A stretch of DNA of 64,000 nucleotides from an uncultured Acidobacteriota bacterium (GTDB lineage: Bacteria > Acidobacteriota > Terriglobia > UBA7540): contig CAWDSK010000005.1 in NCBI GenBank assembly GCA_963804995.1, positions 640,001-704,000 on the forward strand, written 5' to 3'. How positions within the stretch are numbered: the first letter of the stretch is position 1; each line of letters starts with the position of its first letter. The notes beneath the pieces were generated by a model. It ran no database searches, had not been told where the DNA came from, and was given only the letters and a program-made list of their open reading frames with translations. The translations under genes were made by a program, and so were the position numbers. Positions 1 through 10,290 of this stretch are shown here, in pieces.

Positions 1-1217
1 TGCCCATCTGCCTCTTCCCCCATCTCGATGAGGGAAATCGGATAGTGGCGTTTGTAAAGATAGGCGATCTCGGCCGCGGCGTCATCCGGCGTTGCGTACA
101 ACATGGCGATCGGCACCATGGTAGCGAGGCCGCGGGTAATCCCACTGGTGAAAAACAAATCGAATCCGATCTGGTCTCCCCGCGATTCGTCAAGATTGGA
201 AGCCGCATGCCAGGGGTCAACTGACGACGGCCAAGTGACGGTCTGCTCGCGGCTGGGCAAATGTTTGACCACGTCGGTGAACTGGCCGTCGGCGGAGAGC
301 GTCCCGGCATAGAGTTCGTTGATGGCGTAGCCCACGCAGTTGCGGCGGTCAGATGAGCCGTGCGTATCGCAGGTGTTGGAAGACTCCGTCATCCAGATGC
401 GCAGGTAGCGCACCGGGATCATCCAGGAAACCAGCTTGAGCGTGACCGTCCCCCCCTGGCCTTCCTTGACCGTTCCCAACGGAAACGTCTGCCAGGTGCC
501 CTTCGTGGTTCCGTCATAGAACGGCTCCAGATCACCCGTCCAGAACTGCACCGCGTAGCGTTGCGCGTAAGGGTTGGCCCACGCAATCCGCATGGCGTTG
601 ATGTCCACCTTGCTGCCCAGATCCACCATCACCCACTGCGGGTGCAGCGAGTCTTCCTCCCCGGTGAAGGCCTTGGTCAAGTACGGATTGCTTTTCCAGT
701 ACGATTGCAGGTCTCCATCTGTCAGGCGCGACCAGCCGTTTCCGTCGCCTCGGCTGAAGCCGCGATGCGGAAGCGGGTAAGCCCAGGAGTGGCGAATGGC
801 CTCCGCCGGCTGCGGGCTGCCTGTAAAATAACCCTCCTGTTTTGCGGCATTGCTCCAGGTTCCGCGCGCGTTCCAGTGCCAAGCCTCGACCATCAGTTCC
901 GTGTTCTGACGGTAGGTGACGGGCTGCCACCCCGCGCCCAGAATTTCCTTCAGAACCGGATCGCTGAGCAGCGTATCCGTGTTCCTTTCGATATCCTCTT
1001 TGGTGGGGCGACGGTTTCCGGAATCCGGAGCGCCTTCTCCCGCTCTCAGCCGATCGATGGCTCCACCCAGCGCGCGCAGCGGGCTGAAGGAATTCACCAG
1101 GTGCGATGGCGCTGCGTCGACTACGATTTTCTGCGCCATTGCCGCGTTCGCCATGCCCAGGAAGATGCCCACGGCAACGCAGATTCCTTTGACTAGGCTC
1201 TTGCTATTCCAATCCAT
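1..1217 (-). CDS. Secreted discoidin (F5/8 type C)-domain protein, probably glycoside-hydrolase-like; runs off the window start
   Basis: Absent from the ORF track because there is no stop in the window. Manual translation from ATG at 1217 (GAGGGA RBS upstream): MDWNSKSLVKGICVAVGIFLGMANAAMAQKIVVDAAPSH...LTDGDLQSYWKS...PQWVMVDLGSKVDINAMRIAWANPYAQRYAVQFW...VRYLRIWM. This shows a signal peptide and F5/8C-type motifs. Confidence 0.75.
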   Translation of the reverse strand, partial: MDWNSKSLVKGICVAVGIFLGMANAAMAQKIVVDAAPSHLVNSFSPLRALGGAIDRLRAGEGAPDSGNRRPTKEDIERNTDTLLSDPVLKEILGAGWQPVTYRQNTELMVEAWHWNARGTWSNAAKQEGYFTGSPQPAEAIRHSWAYPLPHRGFSRGDGNGWSRLTDGDLQSYWKSNPYLTKAFTGEEDSLHPQWVMVDLGSKVDINAMRIAWANPYAQRYAVQFWTGDLEPFYDGTTKGTWQTFPLGTVKEGQGGTVTLKLVSWMIPVRYLRIWMTESSNTCDTHGSSDRRNCVGYAINELYAGTLSADGQFTDVVKHLPSREQTVTWPSSVDPWHAASNLDESRGDQIGFDLFFTSGITRGLATMVPIAMLYATPDDAAAEIAYLYKRHYPISLIEMGEEADG

Positions 1218-1299
1218 GATTTGTCCCTCGCTAAGATTGCATCGCATGAGGTTCCAGAAATTCTTGTGACAATGTAGCACAGCGCGTTGTAGCCGCACG

Positions 1300-1471
1300 T
1301 GAAAAGTCATAGGAAGAAAACGCATGAGGGTGGGAAAGTAAGTGGGACCTCGCGCGCTATGCCCCGCGGAAAGCAACATGTGGGACATGTCTCAACCATG
1401 ACAAAATGTCGCTGACCTGCAACAACCGAGGAGGCTAGCACGCGATAACGAGCCTGACCTTCCCATCCCGC
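1300..1471 (-). repeat. Dispersed ~170-bp non-coding repeat, copy 1 (copy 2 at 55980-56147, + strand)
   Basis: The reverse complement aligns by eye with 55980-56147, e.g. GTCCCAC(A/T)TGTTGC..TCCGCGGGGCA(TA)GCGCG...GTCCCAC...GCGTTTT...TGACTTTT. Confidence 0.7.
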
Positions 1472-1905
1472 GTCGTGCCGGACGTGCCGATTTCCCACCT
1501 CCGTTTCTCACGCCAACTCTATCCAGTACCGGAGCGTCTCGAAGCAGGCAGCGCAGCGCGGCGGGCAGCGTATCTGCCCCTGTTCCGCCGGCGCGCCTCC
1601 GATAACCAAGCCGCGCGCCCGAATCGTGATGTCGCCCTCCCCGCGATACGAGACGGTTACACCCCTCATTTCCTTGACCCTTGAATTGCAGCCAAGCATT
1701 ACCGCCATGAGGATCACAACCAGAAGGGGATAAGTCCGATAGGAAGGAAACCTGCGCTGCATCCTTGCCACGAGAACCTCCAAGCCGGAATTGCGAGTCC
1801 GCACCGCGCGAGAAGATACACCTGAGCGCTGGTGAACGCAACTGTGGGTCGGGTTTGGTAGTGTTCTAGTTTGATTTTTCTGGAGCTTGCCCAGTTAACT
1901 GTGTT

Positions 1906-2157
1906 GGCCGGCAGGCGCCCCGAAGAGTCGGGGCGATTCACGTCTCTAACCCTGCCCGCCGATATTCCACTTCCGCCGCATACATCCCGACAAAGAGAAG
2001 GTGTGAAAAAATCGTCTAAAACCTTCTTACCGCAGAGACGCTGAGGCGCAGAGGAATGAAAATAAAGGTCCTTTTCTCTGCGCCTCAGCGCCTCCGCGGT
2101 AAGAATACTATTTCTTCACACCTTCAGAGCGCCGGGACGTATGCGCCACCCGCGAGC
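1906..2157. repeat. ~250-bp direct repeat, copy 1, containing nested palindromes (REP > MITE > inner palindrome)
   Basis: Near-identical to 2775-3025. Outer arms CGCATACATCCCGAC / GCCGGGACGTATGCG; middle arms GAAGGTGTGAAAAAAT (1997-2012) / ATTTCTTCACACCTTC (2110-2125); inner arms 2024-2053 / 2076-2105. Confidence 0.92.
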
Positions 2158-2184
2158 CGCTTTTAGGTTGTTGGTGGCAGCCCA

Positions 2185-2541
2185 TCAGACACGTGCGGGT
2201 TTTCGGTCGGCGAATTTGAGAGGCGGCGGGTCTTCGCCCAGGGCCGACAATACCACGGGCCGGCGGTCTGGAAACTCTGCAACCAGGGATAGGGTGCCGC
2301 CCATGGCTTCGACGGCTCTGCGCAGAGTTGAGAGCAAAAGGTCGCTGCGCTTCTCCAGCCTCGAGACGCTATCCTGATTGATTTTCAGCGTCTTGGCGAG
2401 GCGGACCTGGGTGAGTTTGCGAGCTTTGCGAAGCTCCCGCAAGGTCATCTCTTCCGCCATTAACTCGGCCGCGCGCGCCTCAACTTTCCTGCGCTGCGGG
2501 GCGGATAAGCCGCGGCTTTTGTCATTTACGTTCACCGGCAT
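2185..2541 (-). CDS. higA: XRE-family HTH antitoxin (HigA-like)
   Basis: MTLRELRKARKLTQVRLAKTLKINQDSVSRLEKRSDLLLSTLRRAVEAMGG is a classic XRE antitoxin pattern. GGAGG RBS; lies directly downstream of a toxin fragment. Confidence 0.85.
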   Translation of the reverse strand: MPVNVNDKSRGLSAPQRRKVEARAAELMAEEMTLRELRKARKLTQVRLAKTLKINQDSVSRLEKRSDLLLSTLRRAVEAMGGTLSLVAEFPDRRPVVLSALGEDPPPLKFADRKPARV

Positions 2542-2543
2542 GG

Positions 2544-2687
2544 TTACCTCCTCCCTTTTCTCAACCGCGCCAGATGCGCGTCGAGGCGGTCATCGGCTTT
2601 TCGAATGAGTTCGCGGTAGAATCGTTTTTCGCTGCCACCCGACTTATCCCCCGCCACCAGCAAGATGGCACGTCGTCTGGGATCAAA
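2544..2687 (-). pseudogene. higB: C-terminal remnant of a RelE/ParE-superfamily (HigB/Gp49-like) toxin
   Basis: FDPRRRAILLVAGDKSGGSEKRFYRELIRKADDRLDAHL matches the C-terminal half of this toxin family. The N-terminal half is missing and the upstream ORF part translates the repeat. Confidence 0.75.
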
Positions 2688-2774
2688 ATGGCATGTAATC
2701 CATATTCTGTCAAATCCATATTTCGGAAGTCCCAGCGCGCAGGGCTTGAGCGCAAGCGTCGCCAACGGTTTCGC

Positions 2775-3025
2775 GGCCGGCTGGCGCCCCGAAGAGTCGG
2801 GGCGATTCACGTCTCTAACCCTGCCCGCCGTATTCCACTTCCGCCGCATACATCCCGACAAAGAGAAGGTGTGAAAAAATCGTCTAAAACCTTCTTACCG
2901 CAGAGGCGCTGAGGCGCAGAGGAATGAATATAAAGGTCCTTTTCTCTGCGCCTCAGTGCCTCCGCGGTAAGAATACTATTTCTTCACACCTTCAGACCGC
3001 CGGGACGTATGCGCCACCCGCGAGC
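2775..3025. repeat. ~250-bp direct repeat, copy 2
   Basis: Near-identical to 1906-2157, with a few substitutions and one indel. Confidence 0.92.
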
Positions 3026-3029
3026 GTGG

Positions 3030-5253
3030 TCATTGACCTTCAACTTTCGGCGCCATGCTGCTGCGAGGCAGCATCATGGCTGGGAGCAACTTATCCAGGT
3101 GGCGTGCGATGCGGCTTTTCGCCGTCAAGTCCCATAAGGAAGTCTTTAGATGCCGCAGGGCGAGCACGGACGTGATCCAGGCTTGCGTCCAACCTGATTC
3201 GATTGACCAGGGGCCCCACCCCGAATCCGAATCGCTGGCCCAGTAATCCCACATCTTGAAGTCGAAAGCGCGGCACCAGGCGCCATGGAATTCGGGGTGC
3301 GTGGCGGACTCGATCTGGATGCGGCAAAGCAATTCCGCAAGTTTATCCTCCGCTTGAGAATAGAAAGGATCACCGGTGGCGGCAGCAGCCTCGTGCAAGC
3401 CGATAAAGGCAAAATTCGAGGTATAAAGAAGGTCGCAAACCGGGTCCCCGTTCTCCTGGATCAGGGGTGCTTCGCCGCTTCCATAGGCATCGTTTGAGTT
3501 CGGAGGAAGCAACTGGCCCTGGCTCGCAGCACCCATCTCTTCTCGAAGGGCGCCACATTCGTCCTGCAAGGCGAGCAGATCTTGCGCAATTTGCTTGAGC
3601 CACTGGCGATACTCAGGCTTATCTTCAACTCGAATCAGCCAGGCGAGTGCCAACAGCATGCGGGCTCGTTCCTGCTGAATGCCGTTTGTCCAACGCCACT
3701 GGTGGGGGTAAGCGGCAACGGTCATGCGCAGGCCACTCTTGGCCCGCTCGAGGAAGAGTTCATAATGCGTCTTGTCGTATGCCCACAAGAAGCAGGCCCA
3801 AACGTAGGCCTCGAAATGCGGGGCATAGTTGACCGTATCAGCATCATAAAAATACCGCCAGCCACGCTGTTGCAACCGCTCTTCGTGCAGCTTTTCCCCC
3901 CGGAATCCCAACCTCCCTGTGGTCCGCAAATTGCCCAAGAGGCAACGGAGGACCCGTTCGTCCCAGCGGTCGGTTTCCAGTACGGCCGCTGCGGTCATCG
4001 TTCCCAAGATGCTTCGGGCGTTGTCGTCACCATAGTAAAGGCCAGAAAAGCCGGGTAGCTCCCATCCGATCAGCCCGAAGGATGGACTTTTAGGGTCACC
4101 GCGGGGCCCCTTCGTAAAGGGAGAGGTAAAATATATGAAGTCATTCAGATTGGAAGCAATTCTGCCGTCTTCGGGTCTTTTGCTGATCAGCGATGAGAAG
4201 GCCATCGCCATGGACGTTTCCCCGGTACAGTCATTGCGCAGGTTCCAGCTCAGCAACTGTGAACCATCGGGCTCAATCATGCTGGAAAAGCCTTCCAGCA
4301 GCCCTTCCGTGCCGTCTCCGACGGGCCAGTCAGATTGCGGCCCCGGCGATGGAACATCGATTGATTGATGTTCAGCAGCCCTCTGTTTCCACGAGGGATT
4401 GACCAATAGTTTCGCATTCTTAAACCACTCCACTCCTCTCTCGAAGGCCTCCAATTCGGCAACGCTGGGCAAGGATTGATGGCGTCCGTAGAAAGGATGC
4501 ACGGCGGGAGTAAATTCCGGCACGACAACTTTACTTTCCGGGGAGAGCCAGTCGAGGATGGAGTTCCACACGAGCCTCCACGCCTCCGCGGGTGCGTACC
4601 GACCCGTTATGAATTGGCTCAGCTTCGTCGCTGCAACCAGGACGTTCCCCCCCGGAGCCTTAAAGAGGATGGGGCTGACGCCTTCTTTCGGCACCCCGAA
4701 GATCGCGGTGTCGAAGCCTGCGACGCGGGCCAGCACGAGTTCAGCATTTTGGGCCGCGACAGGCACATACCAGCAATCATGGGTGGCAAGAATCTGCAAT
4801 TGCTTGAGCGGGTATTTGAACCGCTCCGACACAATCACGGTTCTCGAGAACATTTCGGTCTCTTCCCCACTTCCCCTGGCGAGGTGTCCCTACGGTCAGC
4901 CCCGGAACAAAGGATGGGTACTCTACGAATAATCGCAGGTTTTTGTCCGCGGCCTCCTGGAACAGTCGACTATCAAGTTCGGTCACCCTGGCGGGATAGC
5001 CCTCCGCTAGTATCAACACACCAGAGCCGCGCGGCGCTCGTGTGACGGCCTCCCGAGGCTCGCCATAACGAGGGAAAGATGAACCCTGTAAAGCCAGCAG
5101 TTGATAAAGGTCGTTATTTGCAGAACAACTGAAGAAAAGCGGCTGAGCTGCCACCTGAGGTACGGCGAGTGGGACCAGAACCGCCGGTAGGGCGCCGAAG
5201 GCTTTCAGGATATCGCGTCGATGAAAAGAATTCCTCTTTACGTTACGTTCCAT
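3030..5253 (-). CDS. Tat-exported hypothetical protein, likely alpha/alpha-barrel (glycosidase-like); split by a frameshift near 4860
   Basis: ORF 4777-5253 has a Tat signal (FHRRDILKAFGALPAVLVPLAVPQVAA). ORF 3030-4853 continues in another frame. Aromatic-rich helical C-terminus. Confidence 0.55.
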
Positions 5254-5391
5254 AGGGCCTCCTCAAAAGGTGACCAGGTTCATCAGGACCCCCTGTTTGA
5301 AGAGAGTCACGCGAACACTTTTAGCATCTGGCCTGCGGAACGGGTAAATTCCACGCACCTGATAATACCAGCCCACCTCGGCCCCAGGTTG

Positions 5392-6870
5392 CTACCGCAC
5401 CACCTGCAACTGAGTCCAGTTGCCGGTGAGGTTACCGTTGGGATTGAAGGTAGGGTCATCGCTCATGACGTACTCATTCGTCCCATTCAGCCAGGCGTGG
5501 TCGTACTGGTTGCTGAGCTCGAACGTTGCGCCACTCGCCGGATCGCGGAAGGTTTGCACGCCGCGGATGATCTGACCCTCGCCATAAGCAGCATGGTTGG
5601 CGCCGGCCTCCCGGTTCGCGACCACGCCGTTGATGGTCTGGGCGACGTGGAGCTGAAACTGCGCGATCATCGCCGACTGCTTCGCCAACTCCTCCTGCTT
5701 CTTCTGATACAGGGAGGCAATGACACCATTGCTCCACTTCTCCCATTCCGGCTCGGGGCGAATGGTGCTCGCAATCAGCTTGAAGAGCCTGTCGTTCGCA
5801 TCGAGCTGGCCTTTGGGCGTCCGGTAAAACATGACCATGACGGCGTGCCAATCGTAGGCTACCCCGCGGCCGCCGGTCTGGATGGGGCGCACCACGATGG
5901 CCGCCGTAATCCATTCCTCGACGGGCTGACCTTTGTCGTCGTCGTAGGCGAGCCGCGCGCGGGCGGTATCCGTCCGAACCCCACTTGCGCTGCCGCCCGC
6001 CGCCGTGGGGGGCAGTCCCATCCGGTACCGGACGATCTGGTCAAGTTCCGGAAAGGGGTCAATCGAAACCACCGTCTTGCCCTTGCGATACTTCGTGAGG
6101 AGGTCCTGGCGCAGGAACTCCGCCGCCCGGATCGGCGCCCGCACCGGGCAAGGCTTCATCCGCGACTGCGCATCCCGCTGGTTCTGTATTTGCATCTGGC
6201 GCTGCGCGGCAGGATCATCGATGTATTGCCACGTGTACTGGGGAAGCATCTGTAACTCAATCGAGTTGTCGGCGCTTTTTGCGTCTCCCACCACGGCGAA
6301 CCAATCGGCGAAACACCCGCCCTCGGCAGCGCCGACATTCACCCAGCCTTTGAATTGCCATGCCGTCGGGATCATCAGGTCGTAGGCCGGTCTTCCCTGG
6401 CCCAAACCCTGGTCGATGATCTTGACCTGCTTCATCACGAAGTAGCGCTGGGCCGGACCGGAAGCAGTGGGAGTGGAAGGATGGCTCTCGCGTGGCCCCC
6501 CGGCGGGACTGGAGGGGGCGCTTGCCGGAGAGCTGGGGGTGGGAGGTTCGACCGGCCCGGGCGCGGGGCTAGGGGTAGAAACAGCACCTCCCTTCGCTGG
6601 CTGCATGGCGTTAACGATAGCCTGCTTGCAGCGGTCCGAGACTTCCTCTTTGTGCTGCTTCAGGCAGGCGAGGATTCGTCCTCCGCCTGAGGGGACACCC
6701 GCGCAGAGCCTCTGCACGTCTTCTGTACACGCGGCGCGGACCTCGGCCTGGATTTGCGGCGACGCGGTCTGCGCAAACGACGACTGCGGTCGAAGCAGGT
6801 CGCCCAGCAGTGCGGAGTGCGCCGCGGCGACGACGCACAGTATGAACACCTTCGTTGACCTCGACATCAT
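5392..6870 (-). CDS. Secreted protein with a Cys-rich (GLG1/Cys_rich_FGFR-like) repeat, Pro/Ser linker and unknown C-terminal domain
   Basis: Start ATG 6870 with GAGGAGG RBS; signal peptide; ACTEDVQRLCAGVPSGGGRILACLKQHKEEVSDRCKQAI; PSPAPGPVEPPTPSSPAS linker. Confidence 0.65.
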   Translation of the reverse strand: MMSRSTKVFILCVVAAAHSALLGDLLRPQSSFAQTASPQIQAEVRAACTEDVQRLCAGVPSGGGRILACLKQHKEEVSDRCKQAIVNAMQPAKGGAVSTPSPAPGPVEPPTPSSPASAPSSPAGGPRESHPSTPTASGPAQRYFVMKQVKIIDQGLGQGRPAYDLMIPTAWQFKGWVNVGAAEGGCFADWFAVVGDAKSADNSIELQMLPQYTWQYIDDPAAQRQMQIQNQRDAQSRMKPCPVRAPIRAAEFLRQDLLTKYRKGKTVVSIDPFPELDQIVRYRMGLPPTAAGGSASGVRTDTARARLAYDDDKGQPVEEWITAAIVVRPIQTGGRGVAYDWHAVMVMFYRTPKGQLDANDRLFKLIASTIRPEPEWEKWSNGVIASLYQKKQEELAKQSAMIAQFQLHVAQTINGVVANREAGANHAAYGEGQIIRGVQTFRDPASGATFELSNQYDHAWLNGTNEYVMSDDPTFNPNGNLTGNWTQLQVVR

Positions 6871-7338
6871 GGCCTCCTCAATGCGGTTGCGAAGTGTATG
6901 CGATGCCAACGATCCCCGGCTCATGGCGGATCAGACCCGATCGTAAACTCGTCTCACACCACCGCTGTCGCGTACCTCACCTGATGTTTGGTACTTTTCA
7001 AGCAGTAGTCTGAGCCGGAATTGGTCTCTTGGCCCCGTTGCTGTTCCAATTATACAGCCCCGCGCCTGCAACAGGGCCCAAATTTCCATTATCGAGTTCT
7101 CGCCGCTGCAGCAAACTGAGACACCGCGACAACTTGTTAGAAGTGGCGTCAATGGTTTTGCAGGATTTCTGGATGGCTAGTGTAGTGTCCCGTGCTAGAG
7201 TTGACAATGGGTAGAACCCCCTCACCCGTCTGGCCTCGGCTGATGAGAACGCCTCGGCCAGCCACCCTCTCCCCCAAAGGGGCGAGGGCAAGAGAATTAA
7301 CTCTCCCCTCGCCCCTTTGGGGGAGAGGGGCTGGGGGG

Positions 7339-8728
7339 CATATGCGCTAGAATAAGAAATTGACTTATTCTGCTGCTGATGTATGCTTCTGGCATGAACA
7401 AGAATCTAATGGATACCGACTGGAAGTATCTATGCCAGTATTTGCCAGCCAATATGAGTGAGTTGGCTAAGCGCAGTGGAGCCGTGGCGCGATGGCGCAA
7501 CCTTAAGAGCGGTGAGGAGTTATTGAGAGTTATTCTAGCATATGCCATCGAAGACCTCTCTTTGCGGAGCACGGCGGCTTGGTCCGCCCAGGCGGCTCTG
7601 GAGCTCAAGGACACCTCTATCCTGCATCGTTTGCGCAAGGCTCCTCCTCTGCTGGAGCGAGTCTTGGCGCATCTGCTGACGCAGCGACTGCGGGCCGAGC
7701 CTGCCCCGGGGCCAGCCTTTCGGATCCTCGACGCCACCGTGCTGAGCATCCCCGGCAGCCAAGGAACGGATTGGCGTTTGCATGCCGTCTATGATCCCGC
7801 CCAGTGTCGTCTCCGACGGGTGGAGATTACCGACCACCAGGGCGGCGAGCGCTTGGATCGCGACCGCCCGCAGCCGGGGGACATTGTCTGCGGGGACCGG
7901 GGATTGGCGCGCGCCCAAGGTATTCATGCGGTGAGCGAAGCCGGGGCCTATGTTCTGCTGCGCATGCATTGGCAGAATATTCGGCTGCACGACGCCCAGG
8001 GACAGCCTCTGAATCTGAACCAGACCTTGAAAAGGGCGGACGCTGGAGATACGGGGACCGTTGCATATGTCCCCCTTTCGGGTAAAGCCCCTGCTCCGGT
8101 GCGACTGCTGATTCGCCCTCTGCCCAGCGAAGCAGCCCACCGCAGCCGTCAGCGCTTGCGCCGCAATGCCGCCAAAAAAGGCCGCACCCCGCAGGCCACC
8201 GCCTTGCGTCTGGCCGGCTATTTCTGTGTGCTGACCACTTTGCCGGAAGCCCTCGCCAGTGACAACGTGGTCCTGGAACTCTACCGCATCCGCTGGCAGA
8301 TTGAGCTGTTCTTTAAACGCTGCAAAGGCCTCTTGCATTTTGATCAGCTCCGCGCCTTCGACCCCGGCTTGGTGCGCACCTACTGTCTGGCCAAGTTGAT
8401 TGAGGTGGCCCTGATTCAGTGTTTGCATGAGGAGGCCGTTTCTATTTCCCCCTGGGGAGTTCCCCGCTGCCGGAGCGTCGCGGCTTAGCCTGTGGCGATG
8501 GGTGCATCTGCACCATTTGGATTTGATCCTGGCCATTTACGGGACCTTCTCCTTGCGGGTTAAACAACATCGCTGGCCCCTGGCGCGTCAGGCTTTAACC
8601 GAGGCACCTCGAAAACGAATCTACGATCGAGAAAAATTCCGGCACCCGCTCTCGCTCCTTATGAACCGCCTCCTCCACGCGCAACAACTTCGCCTAGGAG
8701 CATCGAATGAGCTATTCTAGCGCCTATG
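7339..8728 (+). mobile_element. IS4-family insertion sequence (1390 bp)
   Basis: TIRs CATATGCGCTAGAATA / CATAGGCGCTAGAATA (1 mismatch). 12-bp target duplication GGGGCTGGGGGG at 7327-7338 and 8729-8740. Confidence 0.9.
7379..8488 (+). CDS. IS4-family DDE transposase
   Basis: ILDAT, GDRG and the YREK-type motif YRIRWQIELFFKRCK. Confidence 0.92.
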   Translation: MYASGMNKNLMDTDWKYLCQYLPANMSELAKRSGAVARWRNLKSGEELLRVILAYAIEDLSLRSTAAWSAQAALELKDTSILHRLRKAPPLLERVLAHLLTQRLRAEPAPGPAFRILDATVLSIPGSQGTDWRLHAVYDPAQCRLRRVEITDHQGGERLDRDRPQPGDIVCGDRGLARAQGIHAVSEAGAYVLLRMHWQNIRLHDAQGQPLNLNQTLKRADAGDTGTVAYVPLSGKAPAPVRLLIRPLPSEAAHRSRQRLRRNAAKKGRTPQATALRLAGYFCVLTTLPEALASDNVVLELYRIRWQIELFFKRCKGLLHFDQLRAFDPGLVRTYCLAKLIEVALIQCLHEEAVSISPWGVPRCRSVAA

Positions 8729-8871
8729 GGGGCTGGGGGGTGAGGGGGTCGGACAGCCTTGTCAAATATTAACCGGGACACCACACTAGTTCGGAGCCGA
8801 CGCTGGTGATTCGAGAGCTGGTAGCGCGGAGGTAGGCGCAGTTTGCCTTCCCCCACGGCTCTGCTCCGAGC

Positions 8872-10170
8872 CTAGGATGACCCGAGGTGTGCCGCTTTTC
8901 TGGCGGTGCTGAGAACCTCGCGAAGCCGTCTGCCCACGATCATCTCTTCGCCGGGCCGCAGTGTCATTGAGACAATCTGTAATTGGTCATTGGTCTGGGG
9001 TTCTTTGCGATTCGGATTCCCCTCGACGACCACCGGGACCAGGCTGGGATTGCTTTTGGTCAGGACTTCGATGCGCGGACTGCCGTCGCTCAGCTTTTGC
9101 GCGCAGTCGGCGACCGTAAATCCCCAAGCTTTTTCGTCCCAGGTCACGATCAAGGTAGGATAACGGTTCCCTTCCTGGGGGATTTGAATCTCAGTCTTCA
9201 CCCCAGGGATGGTCCCGACCAACGTCGAGATCCGTTTGACGCGTTCCTCCCACTGACGATTGAGACTCCCCAAATCCATCTTCAGCCAGGTTTCTACAGC
9301 CGTCAGGCATCCAATCATCTCTTCTTTGCCGACTTTCATCGGCCGGCACACGGCGCCTTCGTAGGGGCTCGTGTTGGCGAGCGCTGCCTCGATCAGATCC
9401 TTGCGCCCCAGCAGCAGGCCGCTGCACTGCGGTCCCATCAGCCCCTTGCCGCCGCTGAAGGTGTAAAGGTCAGCGCCCATTTTCGCGTAAAGTTTTATGT
9501 TCTCGATGGGAGGAATGCCGGCCGCGTCGTCGAGCAGCAGCGGGACGTTGGCAGCCTTGGCGATGGCAATTTCCCTGGCTAACGGGTCGCCCAAATCGGT
9601 GGTATAAATCATGGCCGTACGTTCGTTGAGGGCGTTCTGCAATTCCTCCAGCCGGTAGACAAGGACCAGTTTTCCGCCTGCCAGCCGTATCGCACTGTCG
9701 AAGGCGCTGCGCCCGCCCACCATCACGACTTCGTGTTTGAGTCCGGTGGTATCCGGGAGTTGCCAGATCTTCGCCGGGTCAGTCCCCGCCATGCAGGCTG
9801 CGGTGGCCGACGCCATCGCTCCTGCCGCGCCCGAGGTGACCATGCCCGATTCCGCTCCGGTAATTTCATGGAGGCGCTTTCCTACCGCGTGCTGCAGCTC
9901 AATCACGTTGACAAAATACTTGGCGGCTTCGACCTGTGCATCACGAACCTCAGGCAGCTCCAGGGAGCCGCTGAGATAAGTCCACGTGCCGCGACAGTTG
10001 ATGAGCGTCCTTACGCCCAACCGCTCATAGACATTCCCCGTGGGCGCCCTGCCCATGGCCTCCTTCGCTTTGCCCAGGAGATCTTGAGCGGCGATTTGGC
10101 CGAGCAAGGGAAGCGCCGCCGCCCATTTCATGAACGCGCGCCGGTCAGTCGAAAGTGGATTTGTGTGCAC
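8872..10170 (-). CDS. SelA/DgaE-like PLP-dependent enzyme with a twin-arginine signal
   Basis: GVRTLINCRGTWTYLSGS, VTSGAAGAM, LDDAA, FSGGKGLMGPQCSG (PLP Lys), RPMKVGKEE. GTG start at 10170 with GGAGGGG RBS; TDRRAFMKW signal. Confidence 0.8.
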   Translation of the reverse strand: MHTNPLSTDRRAFMKWAAALPLLGQIAAQDLLGKAKEAMGRAPTGNVYERLGVRTLINCRGTWTYLSGSLELPEVRDAQVEAAKYFVNVIELQHAVGKRLHEITGAESGMVTSGAAGAMASATAACMAGTDPAKIWQLPDTTGLKHEVVMVGGRSAFDSAIRLAGGKLVLVYRLEELQNALNERTAMIYTTDLGDPLAREIAIAKAANVPLLLDDAAGIPPIENIKLYAKMGADLYTFSGGKGLMGPQCSGLLLGRKDLIEAALANTSPYEGAVCRPMKVGKEEMIGCLTAVETWLKMDLGSLNRQWEERVKRISTLVGTIPGVKTEIQIPQEGNRYPTLIVTWDEKAWGFTVADCAQKLSDGSPRIEVLTKSNPSLVPVVVEGNPNRKEPQTNDQLQIVSMTLRPGEEMIVGRRLREVLSTARKAAHLGSS

Positions 10171-10290
10171 GGTCCCCTCCCATCCATGATCTGGAACTCT
10201 ACGCAAGACTTATGCGCAATACGGAAATCCCGGCCAGACACCCGTTGGTTTCATGAGGCGCAGCGGAAAGTCTGGCGCTCAAATCAAACC

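Larger units (their letters stand above)
7177..8789. mobile_element. MITE-like element with ~31-bp imperfect inverted ends starting CTAG, enclosing a REP doublet and the IS4 insertion
   Basis: Left end CTAGTGTAGTGTCCCGTGCTAGAGTTGACAA; reverse complement of right end CTAGTGTGGTGTCCCGGTTAATATTTGACAA. Internal CCCCTCACCC...CTCTCCCCC / GGGGGAGAGGGG...GGGTGAGGGGG REP-like units. Confidence 0.7.

Noticed and set aside
1906..3025. CRISPR array or integron attC cassette
   Set aside because: Only two long repeats, no repeat-spacer periodicity, no cas or integrase gene, and no convincing RYYYAAC/GTTRRRY pair.
8872..10170. True selenocysteine synthase selA
   Set aside because: No selB/selC nearby, and a Tat-like signal is present; it fits the SelA-like/DgaE group better.
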